Source of the DNA: a phage
Sequence record: PZ452591.1
Strand: one strand, 5' to 3'
Length of the DNA: 64,000 bases
Shown here: positions 62,608 to 64,000 of the stretch, in pieces
Numbering within the stretch: position 1 is the stretch's first letter
Layout: each line of letters starts with the position of its first letter
Position numbers and translations under genes: made by a program
The notes under the pieces: model-generated
Databases searched by the model: none
Seen by the model: only the letters and a program-made list of their open reading frames with translations
Told to the model about the DNA's origin: nothing

Positions 62608-62757
62608 CTCAATTAGTTGACTTTGTTATAATATCATCAGACGCTTGATTTGTAAACTGGTCTGTGTTATTTTCTTCAAAAATTTTTTCTACGAATTCCT
62701 TGAACGACTCACGTTCCTGAGCTACATTATGCTCGATTACCATTTCAAGATTATAAC
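62608..62757 (-). CDS. Small hypothetical protein, 49 aa, below ORF-track cutoff
   Basis: Manual translation MSYNLEMVIEHNVAQERESFKEFVEK...; ATGA start/stop overlap with upstream gene suggests translational coupling. Confidence 0.4.
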
Positions 62758-63036
62758 TCATTCGAAATAATCTTCAATTTCGTAATCATGGACATAAATC
62801 ATTATAGTTTTTAATACATCATCAATGCTTTTTCCTGGGGCTGGAATTACGTAGAAATATCCTGCTTTTGAGAGGTCTTTATAAGTTCCAATTAAGAAAT
62901 CGTTATTCTCAAGATGTAGTTCTTCAACTAATTCATTAATAATTGAATGGTATAAATTTGGTAGAAACTTATATAGCTTTTCTAGAATATCAATTTTGAT
63001 TGTATATTGAACCACGGACTGAGAATCAATAATCAT
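62758..63036 (-). CDS. arn: Probable Arn (anti-restriction, McrBC inhibitor), 92 aa
   Basis: 92-aa protein next to asiA as in T4; assignment from size and position. Confidence 0.5.
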   Translation of the reverse strand: MIIDSQSVVQYTIKIDILEKLYKFLPNLYHSIINELVEELHLENNDFLIGTYKDLSKAGYFYVIPAPGKSIDDVLKTIMIYVHDYEIEDYFE

Positions 63037-63119
63037 AGACCTTCCCCTTATGTTTCTGTTTGCGATTAGATTCTTTAAACGCTTTCTTCTTATCCTTATG
63101 AACAGAAGCTTTATTAAAA

Positions 63120-63338
63120 TTATGCTTTGCGACTAAATTGTTCATAGTGCTGAATTACCTCTCTTAAACATTTGCATGTGAATGAAAACTTTTTAGCTAC
63201 ACCACATTCAAATATATGTTCTCTTAAATCGCGTGTATCAGTATATCCCATCTCAACGATAAAATGTCGTATTAGATTTTTATCTTTATCGTTTAGAGAA
63301 TTAAAATAATCAGATTTTGAATTAATTTCCCTGGCCAA
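63120..63338 (-). CDS. Hypothetical protein, 72 aa
   Basis: ORF. Confidence 0.55.
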   Translation of the reverse strand: MAREINSKSDYFNSLNDKDKNLIRHFIVEMGYTDTRDLREHIFECGVAKKFSFTCKCLREVIQHYEQFSRKA

Positions 63339-63618
63339 ATTGAATCACCTTCAGTTGACGTTTTAGTTCTTTTATCATCTCTTCGTTCATTGCAATATAA
63401 AGATCGCGTAGAGCAGGTTTTAGCATTCCATTTACCGGAGAACTAAATGGGCATACATAATCTTTTCCTACGAGCTTTTTAGTGAATTCCATATCACAGA
63501 ACTTAAATCCCGGCTCATTGGTATAAATTCCCCAATTAGTTGACATCATTTTATTGGCATATTCTAGTGCCTTAATTTGATTCATAATTCCATCAATTTG
63601 AAACTTTTTAATATTCAT
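63322..63618 (-). CDS. Hypothetical protein, 98 aa
   Basis: ORF. Confidence 0.55.
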   Translation of the reverse strand: MNIKKFQIDGIMNQIKALEYANKMMSTNWGIYTNEPGFKFCDMEFTKKLVGKDYVCPFSSPVNGMLKPALRDLYIAMNEEMIKELKRQLKVIQFGQGN

Positions 63619-64000
63619 TAGTAAAGGTCCTCAGAGTAAAGTTCTTTTTCACTACCACCACGTTCAATACGTACTTGTCCAGCGTAAGTTGCAATAATCA
63701 TTGCTTCTTCACGTGTCCAATAATTACTATATTGGTCAATAAATCCTTGGTCATCATCACAAACTTGTTGAGTAACTAATTGAGGTTTAACTACATCTAA
63801 AACTTCTGCCATATCTTTAGAATAATGACGAGCACCTGGAATAATAAGAGTTCGTCCATCTTTTAATTTAAAACGGTTGGCTGCACAGACAATTCGTCGT
63901 TGATACTTTTGGTTTTCATCCCAATATGCAGTCTGCCAACAGATTTCAGGAACTTCTGTGAGAATATCTTCTTCGGTACATTTATAACCATGCGCTTTAA
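63618..64000 (-). CDS. Hypothetical protein, 3' part only (N-terminus beyond window end)
   Basis: Reading frame of the 64-aa ORF stays open upstream to the window edge and lacks an SD before its internal ATG. Confidence 0.5.
   Translation of the reverse strand, partial: KAHGYKCTEEDILTEVPEICWQTAYWDENQKYQRRIVCAANRFKLKDGRTLIIPGARHYSKDMAEVLDVVKPQLVTQQVCDDDQGFIDQYSNYWTREEAMIIATYAGQVRIERGGSEKELYSEDLY

Overview
This window reads as a contiguous, densely packed segment of a T4-like (Tevenvirinae) myovirus genome, running from the tail sheath gene 18 through to asiA/arn. All calls are based on reading the supplied six-frame translations and the DNA against remembered T4 protein sequences, gene order and promoter/terminator consensus; no database search was run. 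The plus-strand late blocks are tail/head (18, 19, 20, 67, 68, 21, 22, 23, 24), baseplate hub (51, 27, 28, 29, 48, 54) and long tail fiber (34, 35, 36, 37, 38, t). The minus-strand blocks carry rnlB, hoc, inh, uvsY, 25, 26, alt, DNA ligase 30, the 30.x genes, rIII, 31, cd, pseT, spanins, alc, rnlA, denA, nrdB, nrdA, td, frd, 32, 59, 33, dsbA, rnh, asiA and arn. No tRNA, rRNA, CRISPR array or integrase is visible. I did not find a clearly new multi-gene system; the points that depart from the remembered T4 reference are: (1) Hoc carries an extra, tandemly duplicated Ig-like domain; (2) two full-length Alt-type ADP-ribosyltransferase paralogs sit in tandem; (3) td and nrdB are uninterrupted (no group I introns) and there is no room for segD or segE, yet a segG-like GIY-YIG homing endonuclease sits between genes 32 and 59; (4) the distal tail-fiber tip is T2/T6-type (gp37 with a C-terminal chaperone-like domain plus a glycine-rich gp38 adhesin) in an otherwise T4-like backbone; (5) extra or duplicated small early genes lie between frd and 32 and between td and frd; (6) a 53-bp near-identical direct repeat occurs at two loci about 15.5 kb apart. 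Several ORF-track starts are GTG/TTG artefacts and were trimmed to the first ATG. Coordinates of promoters, hairpins and repeats were counted by hand and may be off by a base or two.
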